Assembly (NCBI GenBank): GCA_963810095.1
Contig: CAWEMM010000006.1
Span: 1,216,001 to 1,280,000 of the forward strand
Direction: 5' to 3'
DNA: 64,000 nucleotides
Source: an uncultured Chloroflexia bacterium
GTDB taxonomy: Bacteria; Chloroflexota; Anaerolineae; CG2-30-64-16
The position numbers and the translations under genes were made by a program. Below, piece by piece: positions 10,734-21,460 of the stretch (positions are counted from its first letter, which is position 1; every line of letters begins with the position of its first letter). Below the pieces are notes generated by a model that saw nothing but the letters and a program-made list of their open reading frames with translations, had not been told where the DNA came from and did no database searches.

Positions 10734-11717
10734 GTGGAGCGCATCCGTGCAACCGCGGGGCGGCTCTGGCGCTCGTACAGCGTCGCGGTCGTCGTGATCG
10801 TCTTGGGCGTCATCCTGGCGATCCTGTCGCCCCGGTTCCTGCTGGTCGGCAACTTGCTGAACGTCTTGACGAACGCTTCCGTGATCGCGATCGTTGGCCT
10901 GGGGATGACCCTGGCGATCGCGTCCGGCAACTTCGACTTGTCGGTCGGCGCCACCGCCGCCTTCGCAGCCTGCATTGCCTTCAGCATTGTGCCCGTGCTG
11001 GGTGTTCCGGCCGGGATCCTGGTCGGGCTGCTGGTGGGCGCCGCGATCGGCCTGGCCAACGGCATCATCATCACCGAGCTGCGCGTCAACGCCTTCATCG
11101 CCACGCTGGGCGTCGGCAGCGTCGTGCGCGGGGCCACCCTGCTCTTCACCAGCGGCCGCGACATGTATCTGCAGGGCTACCCCGGCTACAAGGTTCTGTC
11201 GGGCGGGCACATCCTGGGCATCCCCATGCCCGTGATCATGGCGCTGCTGCTGGCCGCGGTGCTGGGCCTCGTCATCGCCCACACCCGCTTCGGCCGCTAC
11301 ATCCTGGCGGTGGGCAGCAACGCCGCGACGGCCCGGCGTTCCGGTGTGCCGGTCAACCGGGTGCTCTGGGGCATCTTTGCGATCGTCGGCGCGACCGCCG
11401 CGCTGAGCGGGCAGATCTACAGCGCCCAGGTGGTGACCGCCAGCGCCCGCATCGCGGTCGGTCTCGAGTTGTCCGCCATCGCGGTCGTCGTCGTGGGCGG
11501 CACTCCGCTCACCGGCGGGCGGGCGTCGCTGATCGGCACCCTGCTCGGCAGCCTGCTGATCGCCATGATCAACAACGGGCTCAACCTGCTGAACGTCTCG
11601 GTGCTCTACCAGCAGGTGACCATCGGCCTGCTCCTCCTGTTCACGCTCGCCATCAGCGTGGAGCGGAAGCGCAAGGTGACCGGTCCCCTGCCGCAACAGG
11701 GCCGGAGGGCGGCATGA
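10734..11717 (+). CDS. Sugar ABC permease (RbsC-like)
   Basis: Hydrophobic; GNFDLSVG, HTRFGRYILAVG, ELSAIAVVVVGG. Confidence 0.9.
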   Translation: MERIRATAGRLWRSYSVAVVVIVLGVILAILSPRFLLVGNLLNVLTNASVIAIVGLGMTLAIASGNFDLSVGATAAFAACIAFSIVPVLGVPAGILVGLLVGAAIGLANGIIITELRVNAFIATLGVGSVVRGATLLFTSGRDMYLQGYPGYKVLSGGHILGIPMPVIMALLLAAVLGLVIAHTRFGRYILAVGSNAATARRSGVPVNRVLWGIFAIVGATAALSGQIYSAQVVTASARIAVGLELSAIAVVVVGGTPLTGGRASLIGTLLGSLLIAMINNGLNLLNVSVLYQQVTIGLLLLFTLAISVERKRKVTGPLPQQGRRAA

Positions 11718-12717
11718 CGACAGCAGCTGACACCCGCAGCAGAGGCAGGCGGACCACTCGCAACTGGGCCCTCTTGTGGGAGAAATACGGCATTACCGCC
11801 GTTCTGGTGGTCGCCTGGATCTTCGCCGCGCTGTTCACGCCGAACTTTGCGACCGTCGACAACCTCGCCAACGTGCTCCGCTCGGCCAGCTTCGTGGGCA
11901 TCGCCGCGGTCGGCATGACGATTGCGATCATCTCCGGGACGTTCGACCTCTCGGTCGGGTCCACCCTCGCGCTGGCCGCGGTGGCATGCGTCTGGACGGG
12001 GTCGCGCTACGGTGTGGTCGCTTCGGTCGCCGCCGGCTTGCTGGCCGGCTTGGCCGTCGGCGCCATCAACGGCCTGCTCGTCCGCGGGTGCGCATCCCCG
12101 CGTTCATCGCAACCCTGGGCATGCTGTTCGTGGTCAGCGGTTTCACGCTGATTCTCACCGGCGGGCAGGCCTACCGCTACAACGCACCAAACTTCGTGTG
12201 GCTGGGCAACGGGGATGTATTGGGGTTCCCCGTGCCGTTCCTCGTTTTTCTGATCTGCGCCCTCTTGGGCGAAGGCGTGCTGCGCCGCACGGTGTTTGGC
12301 CGGCACGTGTTTGCCACGGGCAGCAACCCGACCGCCGCCGAGATCGCAGGCGCACCGGTGCAGCGCATCTCGGGCCTGGTGTTCGTGGTCGTGGGCCTGT
12401 TCGCCGGCCTGGCCGCAGTCCTGCTGGCCGGCCGGTTGTACTCGGCCGGCCCCGGCCTCGAGCCGGGCTTCGAGCTGCGAGTGATCGCAACAGTCGTGCT
12501 CGGTGGCACCCGCTTGCAAGGTGGCCGCGGCGGTATGCTGGGCACCGTGTCGGCCGCTATCCTGTTTGCCACGCTGGCTAACGTGCTGAACCTGTTCCAC
12601 GCCGATGCTTTCTGGCAGCGCGTCGTGGAGGGCCTCGTGCTCCTGCTCGCCCTCTCGATCGAAGGCATCCGGCAGCGAGTCGAGGAGCGCATGAGCCGGC
12701 GCACGCAAGGAGACTAA
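11714..12717 (+). CDS. Sugar ABC permease; indel near 12085
   Basis: GTFDLSVG, IPAFIATLG, TVFGRHVFATG, ELRVIATVVLGG across two frames. Confidence 0.87.
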
Positions 12718-12799
12718 GAAGGAGGTGTACGAACCCCCAAATCGGTCACAATGTCGTGCTTATACAAACGTTCCCACATTCCCCAAGGAGGAAAACAGA

Positions 12800-13787
12800 A
12801 TGTCTCGCAAGGTTTGGATGTTCGTCCTCGTCGCCCTGTTGATCGCGGCCGTCATGCTGACGAGCTGCGCCCCCCAGGCCGCGCCGCAAGCGGCTGCGCC
12901 CGCCGCAAAGAAGAAGATCGGCTTCTCGGTCTACGACATGCAATACGGGTTCTTCCAGGACATGGAGAAGGGCACCCGTGAGGCCGCGCAGGCGGCAGGG
13001 TACGACTACGTGCTGGTCGACCAGAAGTCGAGCGAGTCGACGATGGTCTCCGCGACGCAGGACCTGATCAACCAGGGCATCGAGCGCGCTGATCATCTCG
13101 CCGGTCAAGCCCGATGCCATGGGGCCCCTGGTCGATGCGGCCAAGAAGAAGGGCATCCCGGTCGTGGTCGACGACATCGGCGGCGGCGGCACGGCGTATG
13201 ACGTCATCGTCATCTCGAACAACGCCGAGGGCGGCGTGATGGCGGCCGAGCACCTGGACAAACTGATCCAGAAGACGGGCAACACGTCGAAGAAGGTTGC
13301 GTCGATCACGTGCGACCCGACCGCCGTGTACGCGTGGCAGCGTAACGTCAACTTCGAGAAGAAAATCAAGGAAATGGGCTACACCGTCGTCGCGTCCCTT
13401 AACGGCAACAGCAAGCAGGAAGAAGGCTACCGCCTGATGAAGGACGTCCTGTCGGCGAACCCCGACGTAGCGGGGATCTTCTCCTGCAACGATCCGATGG
13501 CCGTCGGCGCAGCCCAGGCCATCGCCGACAGCGGCAAGAGCGGCGTCAAGGACATCCCGGTGGTTGGCTTCAACGCAGACGAGATCGCGCTGAAGGCCAT
13601 CAAGGAAGGCTCGATGGCCGCCACCGTCCAGCAGATCCCGTACGACATGGGCAAGATGACCGTCGCGTTGGCCACGAAGCTCATGAACGGCGAGAAGCTG
13701 AAGTTCGACAAGGAAGCCGAGCGCGAGATTTACGTCCCCGTGAAGCTCATCACGGCCGAGAACGTGGACACCCTGCTGAAGAAGTAA
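12800..13787 (+). CDS. Sugar ABC substrate-binding lipoprotein; indel near 13085
   Basis: AAGGAGG RBS, lipobox LTSC, KKIGFS, NDPMAVGA, VVGFN, ATVQQ. Confidence 0.88.
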
Positions 13788-13804
13788 GCTCTCTCAGCGT
13801 TAGG

Positions 13805-13841
13805 GCCGCCCGATCATGATTTGGTCGGGCGGCTTTCTTTT
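13805..13841 (+). terminator. Intrinsic terminator
   Basis: GCCGCCCGATCA...TGGTCGGGCGGC stem followed by TTTCTTTT. Confidence 0.8.
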
Positions 13842-13856
13842 GTGGCTGTGGCAGCC

Positions 13857-14498
13857 CTACATGCTCAGCCCCGTCTCGCTGCGCCGCCGGATGATGTAGA
13901 CCGGGACCAGGAGCAGCCAGGCGAAGACGGCCGCATCCACGTTGATCAAGGCGACGCCCGCGGACGCCAGAAACACCAGTGGGGGCAGCAAGAGGTACAG
14001 GCGGACGCTCTTGATCAGGGCCGGCGAGGCTTCCGCAGAAACGAACCGGCGGCGCACCGCGTAGACCCAGAGCCCGGCCAGCGACAGACCCATGCCCGCG
14101 GCTGTGCCTGCGTACAGAATGACCGATGCCGCCTGCAAGCCGTTCGAGAACAGCAGCGTGGTGGGGAAGGGCATAAAGGCAATAAACATGAGGAACAGGA
14201 AGTTCAGGTACATCAGCCGCCGGTCGTACCGCTGGATGTAGCCGTAGCAGCGATGGTGCGCCACCCAGTACAACCCGATGACCCAGAAGCTCACGGCCCA
14301 GCCGAGGACCTTCGGCCAGAGTGCCAGCAGCTGCGGTCCAATGTTCTCCAACCCCTGGGGCAGGCGAATGTCGAGGACCAGCAGGGTGATGGCAATGGCC
14401 ATGACCGCGTCGCTGAAGAAGACAATCCGCTCCAGGCCCAGCGTTGCACCCTCGGGTGCATGGGCTTCTTTGCGTGTGGCGTTGCTCAATTTCGGCAT
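13857..14498 (-). CDS. TMEM175/DUF1211-family membrane protein (K+ channel-like)
   Basis: ERIVFFSDAVMAIAITLLVL, YWVAHHR, FMPFPT. Confidence 0.87.
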   Translation of the reverse strand: MPKLSNATRKEAHAPEGATLGLERIVFFSDAVMAIAITLLVLDIRLPQGLENIGPQLLALWPKVLGWAVSFWVIGLYWVAHHRCYGYIQRYDRRLMYLNFLFLMFIAFMPFPTTLLFSNGLQAASVILYAGTAAGMGLSLAGLWVYAVRRRFVSAEASPALIKSVRLYLLLPPLVFLASAGVALINVDAAVFAWLLLVPVYIIRRRSETGLSM

Positions 14499-14564
14499 CT
14501 ACTCCTCCCAGCCGGCCCCAGTTTAGCACAGGCCCAGCCGCTGCATCCAGCCACGCCGGCCCCC

Positions 14565-14613
14565 CTTCGCGCTTGTGGTCTTCGTCCATCTTCGCGTCTT
14601 CGTGTTCCAAAAC
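14565..14613. repeat. Half copy of the CTTCGYG...GTGTTCCAAA repeat
   Basis: Closely matches 40807-40854; partial inverted copy at 59271-59294. Confidence 0.7.
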
Positions 14614-14704
14614 GCCACGCGCAAAAACCCGAACCGCACCCCCACTCACCGGGTGCTTGCCAGATGCCCCGGTCTGAAGTATACATGGGGGACGGAGGCG
14701 GTGA

Positions 14705-15457
14705 ATGGACGGCGGGCTCGGACGTGCGGCACAGCTCATCTCGAAGGCCAGGCGGGTGGTCGTCCTGACGGGCGCGGGCGTGTCAAAAGAGTCCGGCATC
14801 CCAACCTTCCGGGAGGCGCAAGCGGGGTTGTGGGCCCAGTACGACCCCATGGACATGGCTTCCGAAGCGGGTTTCCGCCGCAATCCAAAGCTCGTCTGGG
14901 AATGGTATGAGTACCGCTTCGGCATGGTGAAGTCCGCACACCCGAACGCCGGTCATCTTGCCATCGCCGAGCTCGAACGCTTGGTGCCCCAGGTCACCGT
15001 CGTCACGCAAAACATCGACGGCCTGCACGCCGCCGCGGGCTCAACCTCCGTGCTCGAGCTCCACGGCAGCATCCAGCGCTACAAGTGTCTCAGCGGCCGC
15101 CACACGGGCTTCTCCCTTGACGACGTGACGGCGCAAACCGAGAGGCCGCCGCGCTGTCCAAAGTGCGGCGATCTGATCCGGCCCGACGTCGTCTGGTTCG
15201 GCGAGTACCTGCCCGCAGACGTGATGCGCCGGGCATACGACGCCAGCGAGCGCTGCGCCCTCATGCTCGTCGTCGGCACCTCGGGGGTCGTGCAGCCCGC
15301 CGCCTCGCTGCCCTACGTCGCCGCTCGCACCGGCGCGCTGGTCGTCGACGTCAATCCGGAGCCGGACGAAATCAGCGACATGGCCGACATCTACTTGCAG
15401 GGCAAGGGCGGCGAAATCTTGCCCCGGTTGCTGCAGGCCATCCGGTCCGCGCATTGA
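14705..15457 (+). CDS. cobB: NAD-dependent protein deacylase (sirtuin)
   Basis: TGAGVSKESGIPTFR, TQNIDGLH, ELHGS, RPDVVWFGE, VGTSG. Confidence 0.92.
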   Translation: MDGGLGRAAQLISKARRVVVLTGAGVSKESGIPTFREAQAGLWAQYDPMDMASEAGFRRNPKLVWEWYEYRFGMVKSAHPNAGHLAIAELERLVPQVTVVTQNIDGLHAAAGSTSVLELHGSIQRYKCLSGRHTGFSLDDVTAQTERPPRCPKCGDLIRPDVVWFGEYLPADVMRRAYDASERCALMLVVGTSGVVQPAASLPYVAARTGALVVDVNPEPDEISDMADIYLQGKGGEILPRLLQAIRSAH

Positions 15458-16462
15458 TGGAGGCGCATGTGAGCCCTGCACCGCCGCCCGTCGCCTGGCT
15501 GCTCGAAGGGCCTCCCTACATCCGCTACCGGACCCGGCGCGACCTGCTGGCCCTACCCGAGGCCGACCCGGAAGTCGCGTCCGACAGGGCGGCCATGCTC
15601 GCCGATCCCGCCGTACAGGCTATCGTCGCGGAGCTTGCGGGCTGGCCCGGGCCGGCCATCAGCAGCCATAAATCGGCTCACCAGTTCTTCCACAAGCTGA
15701 CGTTTCTGGCCGATCTCGGCCTGCGCCGCGACGACCCGGGAATAGCATCGCTGATCGAACGCATCCTGTCCCGCCGCTCGGCTGAAGGGCCATTCGCAAT
15801 TGGAATGAACATCGGCAGCGCGTACGGCGGTTCGGGGCAGGATCAACTCGCGTGGGCGCTGTGTGACACGCCGCTGATCGAGTACGCGCTGCTCAAGCTC
15901 GGCCTGGGCGCCGACCCCGCCGTGGACGCTGCCGGCGAGCACCTGATGGGGCTTGGCCGGACAGACGCGGCGAGCGGGCGCATGGGGTGGCCGTGTGCGG
16001 TGTCCTCGGCCCTCGGCGGCTGGCGTGGGACCTGGTCGCAAAGACGACCCGTGCCCCTTCGCCAACCTTGCCATGCTGCGCATGGCCGCGCAGCACGACG
16101 CCTGGCGCGATGCGGCCGAGACGCGCGCCGGTGCCGAAACGCTGCTCGGCCTCTGGCAAGACAGCCTGACCCGGCATCCCTACATCTTCTATATGGGCCA
16201 CGACTTTCGCAAGCTCAAGGCGCCCTTCGTCTGGTACGACCTGCTGCACGTGCTCGAGGTGCTCACGCAGTTCCCCTGGCTGGCGGGCGACGAGCGGCTG
16301 CGCGAGATGATTGACGTGCTTGCCGGCAAGGCCGACGCGGCGGGCCGCTTCACGCCCGAGTCGGTCTACCAGGCGTGGAGCGGGTGGGACTTCGGCCAGA
16401 AGAAGGCGCCGAGCCGCTGGCTGACGCTGCTGGCGCACCGCATCCTGGCCCGGCAAGGCTAG
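15457..16462 (+). CDS. Conserved hypothetical protein; indel near 16030
   Basis: TGATG coupling to cobB; coding-like across two frames (WLLEGPPYIRYRT...PFVWYDLLHVL...SRWLTL). Confidence 0.65.
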
Positions 16463-16648
16463 GCCCGCCGTGCTCCTCGCGGTCCTGGCAGGCATCGAAA
16501 CGGGCGTCGACGTGGCCCGGGCGCTGCTGCAGCACGCTGACCGTTTCAAAGAAGCTCAGGGCGGCGACCGCGAACAATTCATGAGCGACGAAACCTGGGA
16601 AGCGGCCGCCGGGTGCTTTGACTGGCCAAAATACGAACGAGGTACGCA

Positions 16649-18014
16649 ATGACATCTACATTGATTCGCAACGGGCTTTTGATTCTGCCGGACGGCGAGC
16701 GTGAGGGCGACATTCTGATCGCGGGTGAAACGATCCAGGCGCTGGGCGCAAGCCTCCCGGCTGCCGATCACGTCGTCGACGCGAGCGGCTGCGTGGTGCT
16801 GCCCGGCCTGGTCGATCCGCACACGCACATCGTGCTCGACACGGGCATCTACAAGACGCCTGACGACTGGGAAGTGGGCACGCGCACCGCTGCCTGCGGC
16901 GGGGTGACCACGGTCATCGACTTCGCAACCCAGTTCCCCGGCCAGGACGTGCGAGCGGCGCTCGCCGCGCGCGAGGCGGAGGTCGGCGGGCTCGCGCAGA
17001 TCGACTACGGCCTGCACATGATGCTGACCCAGCTTCCCGAGGACGACGCCGTCCTCGACGGGTGGATGATCGACCTGCTTGACCTGGGCATCAACGCGCT
17101 CAAGGTTTACACGACCTACAAGCCCAACTATTACCAGGCCGACGACGCGCTGCTGCGCGTCTTCCGCGCTGCGGCCGCACACGACGTCGTCGTGATGATT
17201 CACTGCGAGAACGACATGCTGGTCGCTGCGGCGCGTGATGCCCTGGTGAAAGCCGGCAAGACGAGCCTCGCCTATCACGGGCAGGCGCGGCCCGCATTAG
17301 CCGAGGTGGAGGCGGCCAACCGGGCGCTCTTTCTCGGCCGGGCCGCCAACGACCCCACCATCTACGTCGTCCACTGCTCGGCCAGCGGGACGGTGACCGA
17401 GGTCACCCAGGCCGCGGCACGCGGGCAGCGCGCGATCGCCGAGACGACGGTCCAGTATCTAACCCTCGACGAGACGGTGTACACGGGGCCGCACCCGGAG
17501 TGGGGCATCATGCAGCCGCCGCTGCGCGCGCCCGAGGAGAAGGAGAAACTGTGGGCGCAGGTCGTCGCGGGTGAGATCGCCACCATCGGTACAGACCACT
17601 GCGACTATACCATCGCCCAGAAACGCGAGCACACCGAGTTTACCAAGACGCCCGGCGGCATTCCCGGCCTCGAGACGATGCTGCCCCTGCTCGTCACCCA
17701 CGGCGTCGCGGCCGGCCGTATCGGCTGGTCGCGCCTCGCCGAGCTGACCAGCACCAATCCCGCCCGTATTTTCGGGCTGAAGCAAAAGGGTGCGCTCCGC
17801 GTAGGCGGCGATGCGGACGTGGTCATCTACGACCCGCGCGTCCAAACGACTATCCATTCGAGCCGGTTGCACAACCTGTCGGGGTATACGCCTTATGAGG
17901 GGATGACCGTGCAGGGCGCGGTGCGCGACGTGTTCGTCCGCGGCCGGCAACTGGTCGAGAGAGGGAGAATTCCGGCCCGCGCCCCATTGGGGCCGGTTCG
18001 TCAAAGCAGCATAG
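16649..18014 (+). CDS. hydA: Dihydropyrimidinase/hydantoinase (HyuA-like); indel near 17960
   Basis: PGLVDPHTH, GGVTTVIDF, IHCEN, YVVH, PPLR, GTDHC, PGGIPGLE, NPARIFGL. Confidence 0.88.
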
Positions 18015-18050
18015 TGTATGGGGACGGGCTTCGCCCGTCCCCATACACTA
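18012..18050. terminator. Perfect hairpin between convergent genes (REP-like or bidirectional terminator)
   Basis: TAGTGTATGGGGACGGGC-TTC-GCCCGTCCCCATACACTA. Confidence 0.75.
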
Positions 18051-18058
18051 CAGATTCG

Positions 18059-19772
18059 TTAATCTACCCAGAGCGGCACGATCTTGAACTGATCCACGTC
18101 GACCAGGCCCTGGTCGGTCAGCTTGAGGTGCGGGATGACCTCGAGCGCCAGGAAGCTCAGCGCCATGAACGGGTCGTGCAGGTCTGACCCCAGGCTGCGG
18201 GCGGCCGCGATGACCTCGTCGCACCCCCGGCGCACTTCCTGGATCGGTTTGTTCGACATCAGCCCGGCGACGGGCAGCGGCAGCCGCGCCAGGATGCGAA
18301 CGCCGTCTACAACCGCCAGCCCACCGCCCATGTCGGCCACCGCGCCGGCTGCCGTCGTAAGCGACACGTTGTCCACCCCGGCAACGGCAAGGTTGTGGTG
18401 GTCGTGTGCGATGGTCGAGGCGATGGCCCCGCGGCGGATTCCGAGGCCCTGGACGAACCCTTTGCCCATCTGCCCGCTCGCCATGTGCCGCTCGATCACG
18501 GCCATCTTCACGATGTCCTGCTCGTAATCCGGCGTTGCCACGCCCGACTGCGACGGGATTTCGAGGACGCGCTTGTCGGTAATCAGCTGGTTCGGGATCA
18601 CGCCGATCACGTTCGCCCGGCGGCCTTCCGCTGGGATGGTGAAGTTGACCGTGTGCCAGTTGATGTTCATCGAGCCGCGCAGATAGGACGGCCGCTCGGG
18701 CACGTCCAGCGGGCACGATCTTGCCCTCTTCGGCCGCGATCTGGCCGCCGCGGATGACCAGGCGGACGTTGAACTCTTCGGGTTCGTCAAACACGATCAG
18801 GTCCGCCCGGTTCCCCGGCCGGATGCCGCCCCGATCATACATCCGGAACCACTCCGCCGTGTTGAGGGTCGCCATCCGAATCGCCGTCACGAGGTCGACG
18901 CCCGACCGGATCGCGCAGCGTACGAGATAATCCACGCTCCCCTGATCCAGCAGGTCGCCGGGATGGCGGTCGTCGGTGCAGAAGCAGATGCGCCGGGCGT
19001 TGTCCGGCGTAATCATCGGGAGCAAGGTGGCAAGGTTGTGTGCGCCGGTGGCCTCGCGGATAAGGATGTACATGCCCAACCGCAGCTTCTCCAGCGCTTC
19101 CTCGACCGTCATACATTCGTGGTCCGAGCCGATGCCCGCAGCCACGTATGCGTTGAGGTCCTTGCCCGACAGCCCGGGTGCGTGGCCATCCAGCACACGC
19201 GTCCGAAACGCCTCGATCTTGTCCAGGGTGCCCTGGTCCTGGTTCACCACGCCCGGGTAGTTCATCATCTCGCCCAGGCCCAGCACCCACGGGTCGCCCT
19301 GCAGCGAGGCAATGTCCTTCGCCTCGAGATACGCGCCGGCGGTCGCCATGTGGGTGGCGGGGACGCAGGAAGGCACCATCACGAACATGCTCAAGCGGCC
19401 GTACTTCGCCTGGTCGAACATGTAGCGGATACCGTCCAGGCCCAGGACGTTGGTGATCTCGTGCGGATCGGCGACGACCGACGTGACCCCGCGCGGCACC
19501 ACTGCCGCGGCGAACTGGCGCACGCCGACCATCGCGCTCTCGATGTGCACGTGTCCGTCGATCAGGCCGGGGGCCAGGTAGCCGCCCTTCAGGTCGATTT
19601 CCTGCACGCCCGTGTACCCGCCGCCGATGCCGGCGATGCGGGCGTTGTAAATGGCGACGTCGGCCGGATAGATCTCGCCGGAATAGACGTTCACAAGCTT
19701 GGCATTACGAAGGACGATATCGGCCGGCGCCTCGCCGTGAGCGACGCGCACGAGATTACTGAGTTCTGCCAT
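18059..19772 (-). CDS. ade: Adenine deaminase; indel near 18710
   Basis: PGLIDGHVHIES, DPHEI, LGEMMNYPG, DGHAP, SDHEC, CTDDRH, AHDHHN, LPVAGLMS. Confidence 0.93.
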
Positions 19773-19968
19773 GGGCTCCTCCTGACGCAGCGTCACGCGA
19801 TTATATCACACCCACTTCACGGTTCACCCGCCCCACAAAGCCGGTTCTGCGCGAGCCCCTGCCTCGCAGCCCTCTGCCGGCCGCCGCCAAAAACAAATAC
19901 AGGCTCCGCCCTGGAATGCCGGTGAGGCCAGAAAACAAAACCCGGGGTGAATGGACGCGCTTAATCAT

Positions 19969-19997
19969 TTGCCAACAGGCTAAGCTCACGCTACAAT
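19969..19997 (+). promoter_or_regulatory. Sigma70 promoter of the first BMP ABC operon
   Basis: TTGCCA-17 bp-TACAAT. A divergent TGnTATAAT for ade lies on the minus strand near 19800-19808. Confidence 0.65.
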
Positions 19998-20087
19998 CTA
20001 CCGGCGCGACAGGGGCGTTGCGCTCCTCGCAACGCTTCGATCCGATACTCGGGAACACAACTATCCACATCTCTAGGAGGAGTCTCG

Positions 20088-21378
20088 ATGCGTAAGCAGT
20101 TCTGGAGCGTTCTCGCTCTGCTCTTGGTGATCTCCATGATCGCCTCTGCATGTGCCACGCCGGTCACGTCCCCCGCCTCGGGGACGGCGCCGACCGCGGC
20201 CCCCGCTCAATCCCAGCCTACCGCTGCAGCCGCAGCACCGACCGCCGCACCCGCTGCCCAGGGCGGCCTGCAGATCCCCGACGTGCAAGAGGGCAAGTTC
20301 AACGTCGGCGCAATCCTGATCGGCCCCCACGACGATGGCGGTTGGAGCCAGGCGCACTATGACGGCCTGACCTACCTCGAAAAGAACGTGCCGAACACGC
20401 ACGTCGCCTACGTCGAAAACGTGCCCGAGGGCGCAGAGGCCGAGCAGGCCATCCGCGCGCTGGCCCGCAAGGGTTTCAACCTGATCTTCACGACCTCCTT
20501 CGGCTTCATGGACCCGACCGCGGCCGTGGCCGAGGAGTTCCCCGACACGACCTTCATCCACGTGTCGGGCTACAAGACCAACAACAAGAACTTCGGCAAC
20601 CTGTTCGGCGCCATGGAAGACATGAAGTACCTGGCCGGCATGGTTGCAGGCTCGCGCGCCAAGACCGACGGGGTGACACAAGCTCGGCTATATCGCCACC
20701 TTCCCCATCCCCGAAGAACTGCGCCTGGGCAATGCCTTCGCGTTGGGCATGAAGAAGACCTGCCCCGACTGCACCATGGACGTGCGCTGGATCAACTCCT
20801 GGCACGATCCCGTCCTCGAGAAGGAAGCCGCGGCGTCCCTGTTCGATGCCGGCGCGCAGGTGGTCTTCACCGGCGCCGACACCCCGGCCCCGGCCGATGT
20901 TGCGCAGGCCAAGGGCAAGTGGGGCATCACCTATGACTGGGTCGGCTCCTGCAAGGTCGAGCGCTGCCTCACCACCATCTACTGGGACTGGGGCAAGATC
21001 TACTCCAAGGTCGCGCAGGGCGTGATCGACAAGACCTACAAGCCCGGCTTCGACTACTTCGACGCGGACAGCGGCGCCCTGGGCCTCTTCGGCTTCATGG
21101 AAGGCCAGCAGCCCACGAAGGGCATGCAGGATCTGCCCGCCGAAGACATTCAGATGGTCAAGGACACCCTGGCCAAGATGTTGAAGGGCGAGTTCACCCG
21201 CTTCGACGTCTTCTCGGGCCCGATCAAGGACAACAAGGGCAACATCGTGGTCCCGGCCGGCGAGAAGATGACTCAGAATGACCTCGACCAGTTCCCGCCC
21301 GGCGCCAAGGGCCTCGAGTGCAAGTACTGCATGTACTGGTGGGCCGACGGCGTCACCGCCGAACTGCCGAAGCAGTAA
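20088..21378 (+). CDS. BMP-family nucleoside/purine-binding lipoprotein; indel near 20680
   Basis: Lipobox ASAC, GPHDDGGWSQAH, IFTTSFGFMD, SWHDP. Confidence 0.88.
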
Positions 21379-21391
21379 CCCTCACAAGCGA

Positions 21392-21426
21392 AAGAAACCG
21401 GGTTTCTGACAGAAACCCGGTTTCTT
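21392..21426. repeat. Nested palindrome
   Basis: AAGAAACCGGGTTTCTG-A-CAGAAACCCGGTTTCTT; each arm is itself nearly palindromic. Confidence 0.75.
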
Positions 21427-21460
21427 AACCAGGTATTCGCACCAAAGATTGAGGTTCCCC

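Noticed and set aside
19800-20087. Purine riboswitch upstream of ade or the BMP gene
   Set aside because: The conserved purine-aptamer core motifs were not recognisable by eye; an Rfam scan would be decisive.
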